A DNA stretch of 64,000 nucleotides. It comes from Octopus vulgaris (Eukaryota). Where the stretch lies: the NCBI GenBank assembly GCA_951406725.2, contig OX597816.1, positions 22,630,001 through 22,694,000 of the forward strand, given 5' to 3'. Shown piece after piece: positions 1 through 11,372 of the stretch. The notes under the pieces are model-generated. The model was not told where the DNA came from. It saw only the letters and a list, made by a program, of their open reading frames with translations, and ran no database searches. Position 1 is the stretch's first letter, and every line of letters starts with the position of its first letter. A program made the position numbers and the translations under genes.

Positions 1-199
1 CAGACAGACAGACAGACAGACAGACCGATAGACAGACAGACAGACAGATACATGCCAATGCCGAAGAGTGAGAATGAGTGCTCAGCTGTACATAGCTGGA
101 CAAATATTGTTAACTTACAAATAATATATATAGAGAGAGAGAGAGAGAGGGGGGGAGAGAATGAAAGAGGCACAGACAGAGAGACAGACAGTCAGATTG

Positions 200-261
<62 letters not shown>

Positions 262-273
262 ATAGATAGATAG
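1..273. repeat. Compound microsatellite (CAGA)n/(TA)n/(GA)n/(GATA)n
   Basis: Simple repeats read directly. Confidence 0.95.
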
Positions 274-1228
274 ATATGTTTCTTTATTAGCCACACAGGG
301 CTGCACACAGATAGAACAAATTACAAGGTAGAGCTTTTCTTTTGAAGGTTTAAAAAAAAAATAAAATAAAATAAAAAAAAAATAAAAAAAAAAAAAGGAA
401 GGGGGAGTTTCGATCAAAAGGGATCGTAAAAGGAGAGAAAGAGGACAAAAAAAGGGGGGTTAAAAAAAGGGGGAGAGGAAAAAAAAAATTGATCAATAGG
501 GATCGTTATCACAGAAATGTCAATATGAAGTGTAAAGGGGAGGACAGGTGAGGTTTACCCGTGGAAAGAAAAGCCTACGGAAAAGACCACGGTAACCTCG
601 GTCAATGAAGTCACATTTTATATTTCTTTTTTTTTTTTTTTTTTTGCAAATAAGCAACTCTCTGTTTTCGATTTCTGGGTTCATAGGACTATGCTCAAGG
701 TGGCTTCGTCATTCATACGTGCCATTCTTGCTACATTCACCCATCTTTTTTTAAAACATTCGCTAGACAAAACTTGCCTCTCTACTCTCACTTTCCTTTT
801 CAAGTGGTACTTGAAGAAGTTGATGAGAGATTGACCAGAGAGGAAAGTGTTTGTCTCCAATCCTTTCAGACGCGTCCACCAGATACATTCTTTCGCCATA
901 GCCACAAGGATGATGAAAATAGCTCTTCCTTCCCGTTTGAAGGAAGGAGGCGTGACAATATTGACGATAGACTCAGCTGATAAACCGACTCGTCCCACAC
1001 GTGACAGCAGTTGTTCGACATAAGCCCACAGGTCGGAAATTGTTGGGCACTGAACGAGTGCGTGCAGAACGGTTTCGTCGCTCTGACCGCATCTCGGGCA
1101 GGTCGGCCCCGTGTTTCTCGAGCCGTGTCTGTAGAGCTTATCCCGAACGGGTAGCGCTTCTCGGTAGCACTGCCAGGCCAGGGATCTCTGGAAGTTGTCC
1201 ATGGGCCCTGGCCCGAAGGTCGTCCTGA
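274..1228 (-). mobile_element. 5'-truncated Tx1/L1-clade non-LTR retrotransposon (ORF2 C-terminus plus 3' UTR)
   Basis: Minus-strand ORF ends at 681 and contains a C-terminal CCHC-type zinc motif (CPRCGQSDETVLHALVQC) plus 'AKECIWWTR' and 'FKKRW' motifs typical of L1/Tx1 ORF2. A ~400-bp 3' UTR ends in AATAAAGAAACATAT. Both flanks are (GATA)n. Confidence 0.85.
681..1228 (-). pseudogene. Truncated ORF2 C-terminal fragment (zf-RVT-like), uninterrupted ~180 aa
   Basis: ORF 681..1379; the N-terminal 'IYLS' run is only the translated (GATA)n flank. Confidence 0.8.
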
Positions 1229-1371
<143 letters not shown>

Positions 1372-3735
1372 TGACGCATCGTACAATAACTGGAAATTTT
1401 TGCGAGACTTCGTCAGATTGTGTTTCTGTGGATCATTTAAATTATAGATACTGTTACCTAATCCTAAACAGTTTTAAATCAATGGTTAGAAGTATTACAC
1501 GAAAGACATTCTCAAATGCATTTCACGTATTAGATATAAAAATCGATTTTAAAGTTGTTTTAAACATTAATATAAACGTATTAAAACATATTACAACTTG
1601 TTACTACGTTGTTTTTTCAGCCATTTGCAATCATTTCTCCACCATTAATCGAGTCCCTTTCCAAATTCTAGTAATTTTATATCTCTTGAGAAAACGATGC
1701 ATTCTTTTTAAGTTTTTGTTTCCGGTATCAGCGGAGAGATACGCTGAATCTGTTAGAAAAATTTTTAGTATTAATTTTCCAATTTAGGTAAGCTTACAAA
1801 TGTCACCAATAGTTCATAAGCAACTTATGCACTATAAACGGTCTTTGTAGAAGTTCAAACATATAAACTGCATTTCGCAAACCATTTAGGTTACTGTATC
1901 TAATATAGACCAGTTGAGAATTAATTTCAGATCATTGAAGTAGAGATCGATAATAAGCTGTATTTGTTTCGCAGCTTAATTCATGCTTGCTATCCATAAT
2001 GAGATTGTTTAAGAATTAGTGCGTCATTTCTGTTTTGAAGCATTCAATTGGCAGACTCGACAACGTTTATATGTTTATAAAGATCACTGCGAGGTTTCTT
2101 CACGGGTTTAATTTCCCGCCATTACTGCTGAAAGATGAAATCTGATGCAGTTATTAATCACATATGCCTGTGTGTTCTTAGTATTTACAGAGAGGTGGAT
2201 CAGTGGATGTTACGTTTAAAAGGAAGCTTAATTATTTGATAAGCACTTTTTCAAACTGGCAAATATGTTGATGTTATGCGACCGAGGCCACCGTAGGGGC
2301 AATTTCATATTGACATCTAACATTTACTAACATTACTTTGATAAAAAGAAAATGTTACCAATTTCAAAGCCGCATCTAAGAAAAAAGAATTCCGTGTTTG
2401 CGCACGTCATTACAAGCAGTTCTTTGATGTCGCATCAAATATCTAGAAGGCACTTCATCTGCTTGGATAACTTTCATATCAGTTTCATTCATATTTCCGA
2501 GAGTAGTTTCAAAGCTCATTATATAGTCATTGTTTTGATGTAACATTTCCTGAAAATATAAGGTCTTCCTCTGAAATACTTGGGAAGATTAATAACGTTG
2601 CTTTGTTTGTTATTATCGTCTCTCACCTATGAATTATATCTGAACATACTTGTTTATTAGCATTTGGAAATGGAAGAAGTGACAGTGGGCAACGAAATAT
2701 TCGCTCCAATATTTTCAGTGTAGGTTTTCTATCCCCATAAAGTGCCTAAAATATGTAAAAAGTGACGTACCTTATTTCCCCAGAAATGAAGAAATGCGAT
2801 ACAGCCATAATTCCTTCTAAGAAATGCTTAAATAGCTCTAAAGATATCAGTATGAAATAGGGTTTTAGAACCCGATGTGAACAGAATCAAACCCAGAGAT
2901 ATTTTTATGTTATCCTACGTTGTACATGTATTTCCCCAAGGAAGCTGACTCGATTACGTTCGTAATATATACTTTTGTTAGAATGAAATACTACTCATTA
3001 TTTAAATTGCTACATTTTTTATGGCATAATTTCTAGTTTTGCTTTATTGAAGATTCAGTAATTGATCCTCTGACTGAAATTGATATTATTATTTTTATTA
3101 CTTTTCGTTTGATGGAGTGAAGAGGACATGGAACTTGATCATTGGGTTCATTCTTTCCATATATTGCTTTCGTTTTTCAAGTCATTACAAAGAGTTTCAA
3201 CTGATTTTCTTCTGATGCTGTGATCCTAAATAATTTGGCCTCTTGAAATTTTCAAGAAATCGCTGAGAATGTTTCATGATAAATTACTAAACTTGATACG
3301 CATAGGCACTTTGTGTCAATCATTGCAGTGCCGCCATGCTAAAGTACCACTTTCAAAGTACTTTCAAAGTTTGGCACATACGCTAACGGTATCCTTTACC
3401 AAACTTTTACCTTAACGGAACGTAAATGAACCAACTAAGCAACACACACATGCATGCCCACACGCACACATATTAATCTACGATATATTTATTATATGAG
3501 ATATATATACTTTTTTACTTTTTACTTGTTTCAGTCATGTGGCTGTGGCCATGCTGGAGCAGCGCCTTTAGTCGAGCAAATCGACCCCCAGGACTTATTC
3601 TTTGTAAGTCTAGTACTTATTCTATCGGTCTTTTTTGCCGAAACGCTAAGTTACGGGGACGTAAACACACCAGCATCGGTTGTCAAGCGATGTTGGGGGA
3701 CAAACACAAACACACAAACATATACACACACACAT

Positions 3736-3793
<58 letters not shown>

Positions 3794-3859
3794 CGACGGG
3801 CTTCTTTCAGTTTCCGTCTACCAAATCCACTTACAAGGCTTTGGTCGGCCCGAAACTAT

Positions 3860-5148
3860 GTTAGTTAGTTAGTTAATTTGGCTCAAAAGCAAATAGCAAG
3901 GCCATGTAGGGGGACATAGAGTTAAGTACAGGGTGGTGTTCATGTAAAGAGTTCAGGCCACTTGAGGTCCAGGGAGGCTTTGAACAAAGCGGTCGTCGGC
4001 ATCTTCACCATCTCGTCTGGCAGCTTGTTCCACGGATCCGCAACCCGGACGGAGAAAGCTCCTCTCCTTCGATTGAGATGAAATCGTCGTAGGTAGAGCT
4101 TTTCGGAATGACCCCGCAGCCGACGCTCCGGAGCAGGAGTGAAGAACAGCTCTTTCGAGAGGTTACACTTCCCGCTTATTATGTTGTGGGCGAGAATGAG
4201 ATCACCACGGCGGCGGCGTTTTTCAAGAGAATAAAGGTCGAGCGTCCTCAGCCTTTCTTCGTAGGACAAATTTTTGAGACTATGAACCATGCGGGTAGCC
4301 AGCCTCTGGACTCTTTCGAGATGCTGTATGTCTTTGAGGAGATAAGGAGAAGAGGCTTGAATCCCATACTCCAATATGGGTCTTACCAGCATGACATAGA
4401 GTGGTAGGAATATGGCTGCTGTGAGCATTCCGAATGACCGTCGAATCAAAAACAGAATTCCGCGCGCTTTGTTGGCAGCATGGACGCACTGGGCCGAAGG
4501 CGAAAAGGAGGAATCCACCAAGATACCCAGGTCCTTTACCTGATCGGTCCTCTCCAGCAGCAGACGACCCGGCTCGAAATCAAGTTGAGTTGCAGGAGTA
4601 GAGCCGACAGGCAGATGACAGCACTTTGACACGTTCAGACACAGGTCCCATTCGTTAGACCACTTCCAAATTTGGTGGAGGCATCGACGAAGATCCTCTA
4701 TACTACCGCGAGGAGCGACCAGTTTGATATCGTCGGCAAATAGAAGGGTGTGTTGCGTGAGGTCGTCGGGCAAGTCATTTATGAAGACTAAGAACAACAA
4801 GGGCCCAAGCACTGAACCTTGAGGCACGCCACTGCTCGCACTGGAGACGTCGGACCGCGAACCATTAACTTGAACTTGGAAGGAGCGATCTGAGAGGAAG
4901 GCACCAACCCATCGTACAATATCCGGATGGAAACTATATGCTTGAAGCTTGACAAGTAGTAGGCGGTGGTTTACCGAGTCAAAAGCTTTGGCAAAGTCCA
5001 ATAAAACGATGTCAACAGCATCACTATCATCGAGGATGCGCGTCACCAATTCTTCCATTACTAGTAAGTTGGTCAAGCATGATCTCTTCGGCACGAAGCC
5101 GTGTTGGGAATCAGTGATCGAGGCTGTGTTTAGGAGGTGGAGCATCAT
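3860..5148 (-). mobile_element. 5'-truncated CR1-group LINE, young copy
   Basis: Open RT ORF, short 3' UTR, (TAAC)n tail at 3860-3876, and candidate TSD ACTAT at 3855-3859 and 5149-5153. Confidence 0.92.
3940..5148 (-). CDS. Reverse transcriptase domain plus C-terminus of LINE ORF2 (5'-truncated, no internal stops)
   Basis: Motifs QHGF, LDFAKAFDSV, GVPQGSVLGPLLF, LFADD, KDLGI, LERVQRLATR, RRRRGDLI, WNKLP. The first ~11 codons of the ORF call come from the SINE. Confidence 0.9.
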   Translation of the reverse strand: MMLHLLNTASITDSQHGFVPKRSCLTNLLVMEELVTRILDDSDAVDIVLLDFAKAFDSVNHRLLLVKLQAYSFHPDIVRWVGAFLSDRSFQVQVNGSRSDVSSASSGVPQGSVLGPLLFLVFINDLPDDLTQHTLLFADDIKLVAPRGSIEDLRRCLHQIWKWSNEWDLCLNVSKCCHLPVGSTPATQLDFEPGRLLLERTDQVKDLGILVDSSFSPSAQCVHAANKARGILFLIRRSFGMLTAAIFLPLYVMLVRPILEYGIQASSPYLLKDIQHLERVQRLATRMVHSLKNLSYEERLRTLDLYSLEKRRRRGDLILAHNIISGKCNLSKELFFTPAPERRLRGHSEKLYLRRFHLNRRRGAFSVRVADPWNKLPDEMVKMPTTALFKASLDLKWPELFT

Positions 5149-5251
5149 ACTATAGTAGAAGACACTTGCCCAAGGTGCCACGCAGTGGGACTGAACCTGG
5201 AACCATGTGGTTGGTAAACAAGCTACTTACCACACAGCCACTCCTACGCCT

Positions 5252-5254
5252 ATA

Positions 5255-5344
<90 letters not shown>
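5252..5344. repeat. (TA)n microsatellite
   Basis: Read directly. Confidence 0.95.
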
Positions 5345-5346
<2 letters not shown>

Positions 5347-5593
5347 AAATAAGAAAATGGAGAAATACATCTAAATCATTTATCAACTACCAGAAAATAC
5401 CCAATCATATACTTTATATATAAGAACATTAGGGTTAAACATAAAAATATATAACAAAACAGCGTACATGAATGAGTAATACAATACAATAAGTACAATC
5501 ATTATAAGAGGATATAAATAAATAAATATAAATAGATATAAATATAAATATACACTATATCTTACAGCTGTTTCTCTGCTCTCTTGATATATA

Positions 5594-5671
<78 letters not shown>

Positions 5672-5908
5672 TATTCGATGTGTTTCTCACAGTTTTTCCT
5701 CTAACAAATTCACTAACAAAATGCCCGATTTCACGCTTAGTGGGGTTGAATTCTGAACCACTTGGTTTTAAAAAGCGGCCTCCTTAAACACTCAAATGCA
5801 CATAAAATTTTGAAGAAATAGCGGAGAGTATTAGAAAAGGATATAAAATTAGAATTATCTTCGTCAATACATAGAAATAAAGAATCGTTTATACATTGCC
5901 TGTAAATG

Positions 5909-6170
5909 TGCGAAGGCCCGTGGCCTCGTGGTCAGGGATTTGAGTTAATGAACGTAAGGAAGTGATTTCGATTCATGGAGAGGAATGTGCGTGGTGTTCT
6001 TGAGCAATATACTTCATTTCACGTTGCTCCAGTCCGCAAAGCTGTAAGCGAGTATCACGAAGACAAGGCGGTACCTTGTTCGGAGGGAATGTTGTGATCT
6101 CTGTTACATATGCGCCGAGGAAACCGGGCACAGGTAACCGGTCTGATGAATCCTAAGGCTAAACACCGAA
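5909..6170 (+). mobile_element. SINE family D (tRNA head, CORE-like centre), diverged
   Basis: A/B-box-like head followed by TTGAGCAATATACTTCATTTCACGTTGCTCCAGTCC, shared with 25232-25580 and 31410-31608. Confidence 0.7.
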
Positions 6171-6377
6171 CTATTACTACTACTATTTTCTAAAACCTGG
6201 TATCTAAACTGGTATGATTCGGAGATGGAAACAAGCCATTACTGGTTATAGGGCAGTGGTACGTACAAATCCGCCACATCCGCCGAAGGCGCCATGCAAT
6301 AGAACTGAACCTGAAACCACGTGGTTGTCAAGCAAACTTCTACCACACAGCAACGCCAATTCTTGTAATATCAATAT

Positions 6378-6692
6378 TCTCTTTTCGCCCTTTTCAAGTC
6401 TAGCCAAGCTCATGGGCTCGGTTTCCCGGTTTCTGTGGCGTATGTGTCCCCCTCCCCCCAGCTGGACGAACGCCAGTCCATCGCAGCGTTACTCAAGAAA
6501 CAGGAAGAGAGACTGTGAGAAAGTTGGGGCGAAAGAGTACAACAGGGGTCACCACCACACCCTGCCGGAGCCTCGTGGAGCTTTTAGGTGTTTTCGCTCA
6601 ATATACACACACAACGTCCGGTCTGAGAATCGAAACCGCAATCCTCCGGCCGTGAGTCCGCTGCCTAACTACTGGGCCATTGCGCCACCACA
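6378..6692 (-). mobile_element. SINE family C, tail variant 2
   Basis: Head and first ~190 bp match 47405 and 60780; the 3' part differs and matches the tail of 31410-31608. Confidence 0.85.
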
Positions 6693-7179
6693 ATACCAAT
6701 ATTAGACCATAATAATTGTATGACTGCAATAGTTATGATATAATTATCAAGGGAGCTTATTTTATATGTATTTAACTTGTACGTTTGCAATAATTATGAA
6801 ACATTTCTCACAAGTCTGTATATATTTTTATGTATAATTGCTTAATCCTCAGCTTCTATTTTAATTTGTAGTTCAAGTGAAATATTTCATATTTTTATCT
6901 ATGAATTTAATAAGTTACTTAATATGATGAATCATCTGCCATATATCATCTGTGAACATATATTCTTTATTTTAAGATAATGTATTAATGTGTTAGACGT
7001 CAGAAAATCTAAAATTACTCATGTAATTGTTATTCAAAATGACATGTTATCTCAGATCTTTAAAAAGTATTATTATTCTCTGTTAGATGACCAATCAGGC
7101 TATTAACACGTTATCACGTTTGATCAGTGTAATCAAATGATTTGCGTAGACATTTGGCCAAATCGATGATCTTACTAAA

Positions 7180-7737
7180 TTTGCAGTTCCAATGAGTAAT
7201 TATAGGCAACGATAAGATGATAATACAGACTGTTCTTTTTATATTGTTAGTATTAAAGGGATTTCTTTGTAGCAGACATAAAAAAATTATTTACCAAAAC
7301 GTGAATGCAACGAAAATAATTACCACGATATCAAACATTACTTATTTATTTACTGCCCACAAGGGGCTAAACAGAGAGAGGACAAAGAAGGACAGACAAA
7401 CGGATTAAGTCGATTATATCGACCCCAGTGCGTAACTAGTACTTAATTTATTGACCCCGAAAGGATGAAAGGCAAAGTCGACCTCGGCGGAAGTTGAACT
7501 CAAAATGTAACGGCAGACGAAATACGGCTACGCATTTCGCCCGGCGTGCTAACGTTTCTGCCTGCTCGCCGCCTTTGCAGTTCCAATGAGTAATTATAGG
7601 CAACGATAAGATCATTCTACTGACTGTTCTTTTTATATTGTTAGTATTAAAGGGATTTCTTTGTAGCAGACATAAAATAAATTTATTTACCAAAACGTGA
7701 ATGCAACGAAAATAATTACCACCATATCAAACATTAC
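7180..7737. repeat. ~160-bp direct repeats (7180-7341 and 7574-7737) flanking a SINE
   Basis: TTTGCAGTTCCAATGAG...ATCAAACATTAC occurs on both sides with few differences. Confidence 0.92.
7342..7573 (-). mobile_element. SINE family A, full-length
   Basis: Head GGCGGCGAGCWGGCAGAAACGTTAGC, B-box-like GAGTTCAA, core TTTGCCTTTCATCCTTTCGGGGTC, tail TTAGCCCCTTGTGGGCAGTAAATAAATA. Confidence 0.92.
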
Positions 7738-7859
7738 AAGTTTCTCGAACCCAACATGATGAACTCAACTCGAATGAAAATTGACCAAGAAGCGATTGCT
7801 GACAGTGTGTTTATATTTTCGCCAGATTTCGAATGCGGAAACAGATACAGTGAGGTTCC

Positions 7860-8620
7860 ACTTCTTTTTACATAATGATACTTTAGTTTAGGACGATTTT
7901 AAAATTGTCAAAAGCTGAAGAAAAACTCTTCATCTTTCGTTTAAAAGGAAGACATATACTTGTTGAAAGCTCAATTGTTTATATGTACAGAAAGCGAAAG
8001 TTCATTTCAAAGTAGACGGTTATGTTATTGTCATGGAATTAATGGCCTTTTAGGAGGTTTTCTGAGAGGCATGTTGTAAGTGAATGGCGACTTTTATACC
8101 GGCATCAGTAGGAACACCTAAATCTGTTTTATTGCATAATGGATATTTAAAACCATTTAGCCCCATCATTTCTTTAATGCATTCAAAATAATCTATGTGA
8201 ACATGAAAATTCTTTTTAATGCAATTCAATACAACGATCACACATGGAATACTTGTGGAGAACTTAAAGTAATTGCTATTGTAATGGGCATGCAAAGGGG
8301 ATGTATGAAGCACTGCTACTTTACCTGTGAAACTGTCCCTCTATTACTGAGCATTATACGAGAAACGAATTGCCGAAAAGGTCCTCAAATATGCCTCAAA
8401 TAATATTCAATGTTTCCTTAAGTAATGAGATGAAAATATTTACATTAAGCCTTCAGGTTTTAATGTAGATATTTCCTATGAGCATATGTATAAAAAAAAT
8501 TTGATGGGGATCTCAATTCCTTGAAGAAATATTTACAAAATCACATACTGTATAAATAAAAGACTGAGTTTTGTGGGGCCATCGATACAAGTGGTAATAA
8601 AATATAAAAATGCTGAAGTA
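7860..8620 (+). pseudogene. Decayed DNA-transposon transposase, Chapaev3/CMC-like
   Basis: Broken frames give EWRL..KSVLLHNG, NMKILFNAIQYNDHTWNTCGELKVIAIVMGMQRGCMKHCYFTCE, LHIK and KIK..FVGP, resembling the recalled WRLFIDSS/ICGDLKV/TKYCCFLC/LHIKLG motif series. Family assignment is from memory. Confidence 0.6.
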
Positions 8621-8809
8621 AGATATACAACGCAGGCAGAAGCATCAATGCGTGGTAAAAAAAAAAATATCGTTTAACAACCAGGAGGTTTCGTGTTCAG
8701 TCCCACAGCGCGGCGCTTCGGGCTATTGCCGTCTGTTGTAGATACGGATCGACTAATGCCTTGAGAGTGAATTTGGTGGAGGAAAATATGTGGAAGCCCG
8801 TTGTGAATA

Positions 8810-9030
8810 TACGAGCGGGTGCTGAAAAGTTTCCGGTTTTAAAGGTAACGTGAAAGATATAGTTGGAGTCCCAAACTGCCGAGGTTTTTTATACGACTTA
8901 GAGAAACTGAAGGGCCGCTGCAATAAGTTTATGAATCTCGGAACGTAATGTCATAGATAAAATCATAATTAATTGGTCCCCTTGTATTTAATTTTACCAA
9001 AAGCCAGAAACTTTTCAGCAACCCTTCGTA
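8810..9030 (+). mobile_element. Mariner-derived MITE (~220 bp)
   Basis: TIRs TACGAGCGGGTGCTGAAAAGTTTCCGG / CCAGAAACTTTTCAGCAACCCTTCGTA with TA ends; the interior resembles a mariner transposase C-terminus (LEKLKGRCNK). Related copies at 24944 and 25600. Confidence 0.8.
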
Positions 9031-9062
9031 GACATACATGTATGTATATGTATGTATGTATG

Positions 9063-9096
<34 letters not shown>

Positions 9097-9127
9097 TGTA
9101 TGTATGTATGTATGTATGCATGTATGT

Positions 9128-9540
9128 GGCGGCGAGCTGGCAGAATCGTTAGCACGCCGGGCGAAAAGCTTAGCGGTATTTCATCGGCCGTTACGTTCTG
9201 AGTTCAAATTCCGCTGAGGTCGACTTTGCTTTTCATCCTTTCCGGGTCGATTAAATAAGTACCCGTTACGCACTGGGGCCGATGTAGTCGACTTAATCCA
9301 TTTGTCCGTCCTTGTTTGTTCCCTTCATGTTTAGCCCCTTGTGGGTAATAAAGAAACAGGTATTTCGTCTGCCGTTTACCTTCTGAGTTCAAATTGCGAC
9401 GAGGTCGACTTTGCCTTTCATCCTTTTGAGGTCGATTAAATAATTACCAGTGACGCACTGGGATCGATGTAATCGACTTAATCTCTTTGTCTGTCCTTGT
9501 TTGTCCCCTCTATGTTTAGCCCCCTGTTGGCAGTAACAAA
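9128..9540 (+). mobile_element. SINE family A head-to-tail dimer
   Basis: Full copy, then a headless second unit joined at AAGAAACAGG-TATTTCGTCTGCC. Confidence 0.9.
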
Positions 9541-10086
9541 ATATATCTGTATGTTTATATCTGGGTCTGTGTAAGTTTCTTTATGTGTGTCTCTGCGCTT
9601 CAGTTTGTTTCCGTCACACCCGTTTGCATCAGGTGTCTGTTTCTTTACGTCCAGTAATCTAACGTTGGTTGAAGTACCAATATTAAAAAGAACACACACT
9701 AGGGTCCATTTGTTATGCTTCAAGGTAGCTAGCATAGCTTCAAATAATTAACTGAAACAAGTAAAAGATAGTCGGTAAAAGTAAATAATGATATGGCATA
9801 AAAATGGAAATTACAGGCTTCCATATTTCAAAAATGGAGTTGAGATATTGACTGATTCTTTTGATATCATGAAGTACTTCGGGTGCACAAAATTACATTT
9901 CTTACGTTTAAAGATTTCATTCTTAAAGATCAGGATGCAGTTTATGAGCAACATGACGTGGTATTCACTCTGACATTAAACATATACAAACAAATTATCA
10001 AAGATTCTGAAATGAATGCAAACACGATAGAGACAAATGCTGGCGTTTATATCGTAACCATAAATTTCCATTTATAAGAAAATATG

Positions 10087-10606
<520 letters not shown>

Positions 10607-10663
10607 GTATATGGGGGAAAAGTCAAGATAGAAAATGCTAAAATGATTTTTAAAAAAACATTT

Positions 10664-10699
10664 CAATCCCGGTTTCAGTCATTGAGACTTTTTCAACTG
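10664..10699 (-). ncRNA. Variant minimal hammerhead-like motif (U3-A8 core), cleavage triplet apparently mutated
   Basis: Minus strand reads cag-TTGAAAA-agtc[tcaat]gact-GAAA-ccgg-GA-ttg. Confidence 0.45.
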
Positions 10700-10983
10700 T
10701 AACAATTAAACAATTAAATTTAGAAAAAACTAAAAGAAAAATCATTTTAAAAGAATATCTGCATAGTGTTAAAATGCAAGTGGCATTTTCCTTGTTTCTG
10801 CCTGTCTCTGTTCCTCTTGTCTATTCTTGTGGGTTCGAGGTCGTTGGGAATTCTTGGTAGGGAAGAAGAAAAAGGAAAAAAAGAAGAAGAAATCACATGT
10901 GCTGGACAGCTGTCTTGGTACGGTGTATATGAAAGTATCTTGCAAGCGTTGTAGTTAATGAAATAAGTCATAAAATGAAGAAA

Positions 10984-11372
10984 CAGGAGTGGCTGTGTGG
11001 TAAGTAGCTTGCTTACAAACTACATGGTTCCGGGTTCAGTCCCGCTGCATGGCACCTTGGGCAAGTCTCTTCTACTACAGCTTCGGGCCGACCAAAGCCT
11101 TGTGAGGGGATTTGGTAGACGGAAACTGAAAGGAGTCCGTCGTATGTGGGTGCATGTGTGTATATGTTTGTGTGTCTGTGTTTGTACCCGCCAACCGATG
11201 CTTGACAACCGATGCTGGTGTGTTTATCTCCCCGTAAATTAGCTTTTCGGCAAAAGAGACCGATAGAATAAGAACTAGGCTAACAAAGAATAAGTCCTGG
11301 GGTCGATTTGCTCGACTAAAGGCGGTGCTCCAGCATGGCCACAGTCAAATGACTGAAGCAAGTAAAAGAGTA
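10984..11372 (+). mobile_element. SINE family B, full-length
   Basis: A box TGGCTGTGTGG, B box GGTTCAGTCCC, and tail GGCGGTGCTCCAGCATGGCCACAGTCAAATGACTGAAGCAAGTAAAAGAG. Confidence 0.92.

Larger units (their letters stand above)
3508..5250 (-). mobile_element. SINE family B copy split by a LINE insertion (3' part 3508-3859, head 5149-5250)
   Basis: The two halves join to give the family-B sequence seen intact at 10984-11372 and 36595-37011 (GGCCCGAGGCTATAGTAGAAGACAC across the break). Confidence 0.9.
8635..9770 (+). mobile_element. Old SINE family B copy interrupted by a MITE, (TATG)n and a SINE-A dimer
   Basis: Diverged head at 8635-8809 and diverged tail ending ACTGAAACAAGTAAAAGATA at ~9770. 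Confidence 0.65.

Noticed and set aside
4108-4407. Plus-strand ORFs overlapping the LINEs and mariner (also 53445, 53973, 14502)
   Set aside because: Antisense shadows of transposon coding sequence.
6140-6172. CTGATGA suggesting a hammerhead
   Set aside because: No stem II closed by GAAA and no NUH or stem I; it is part of a SINE tail.
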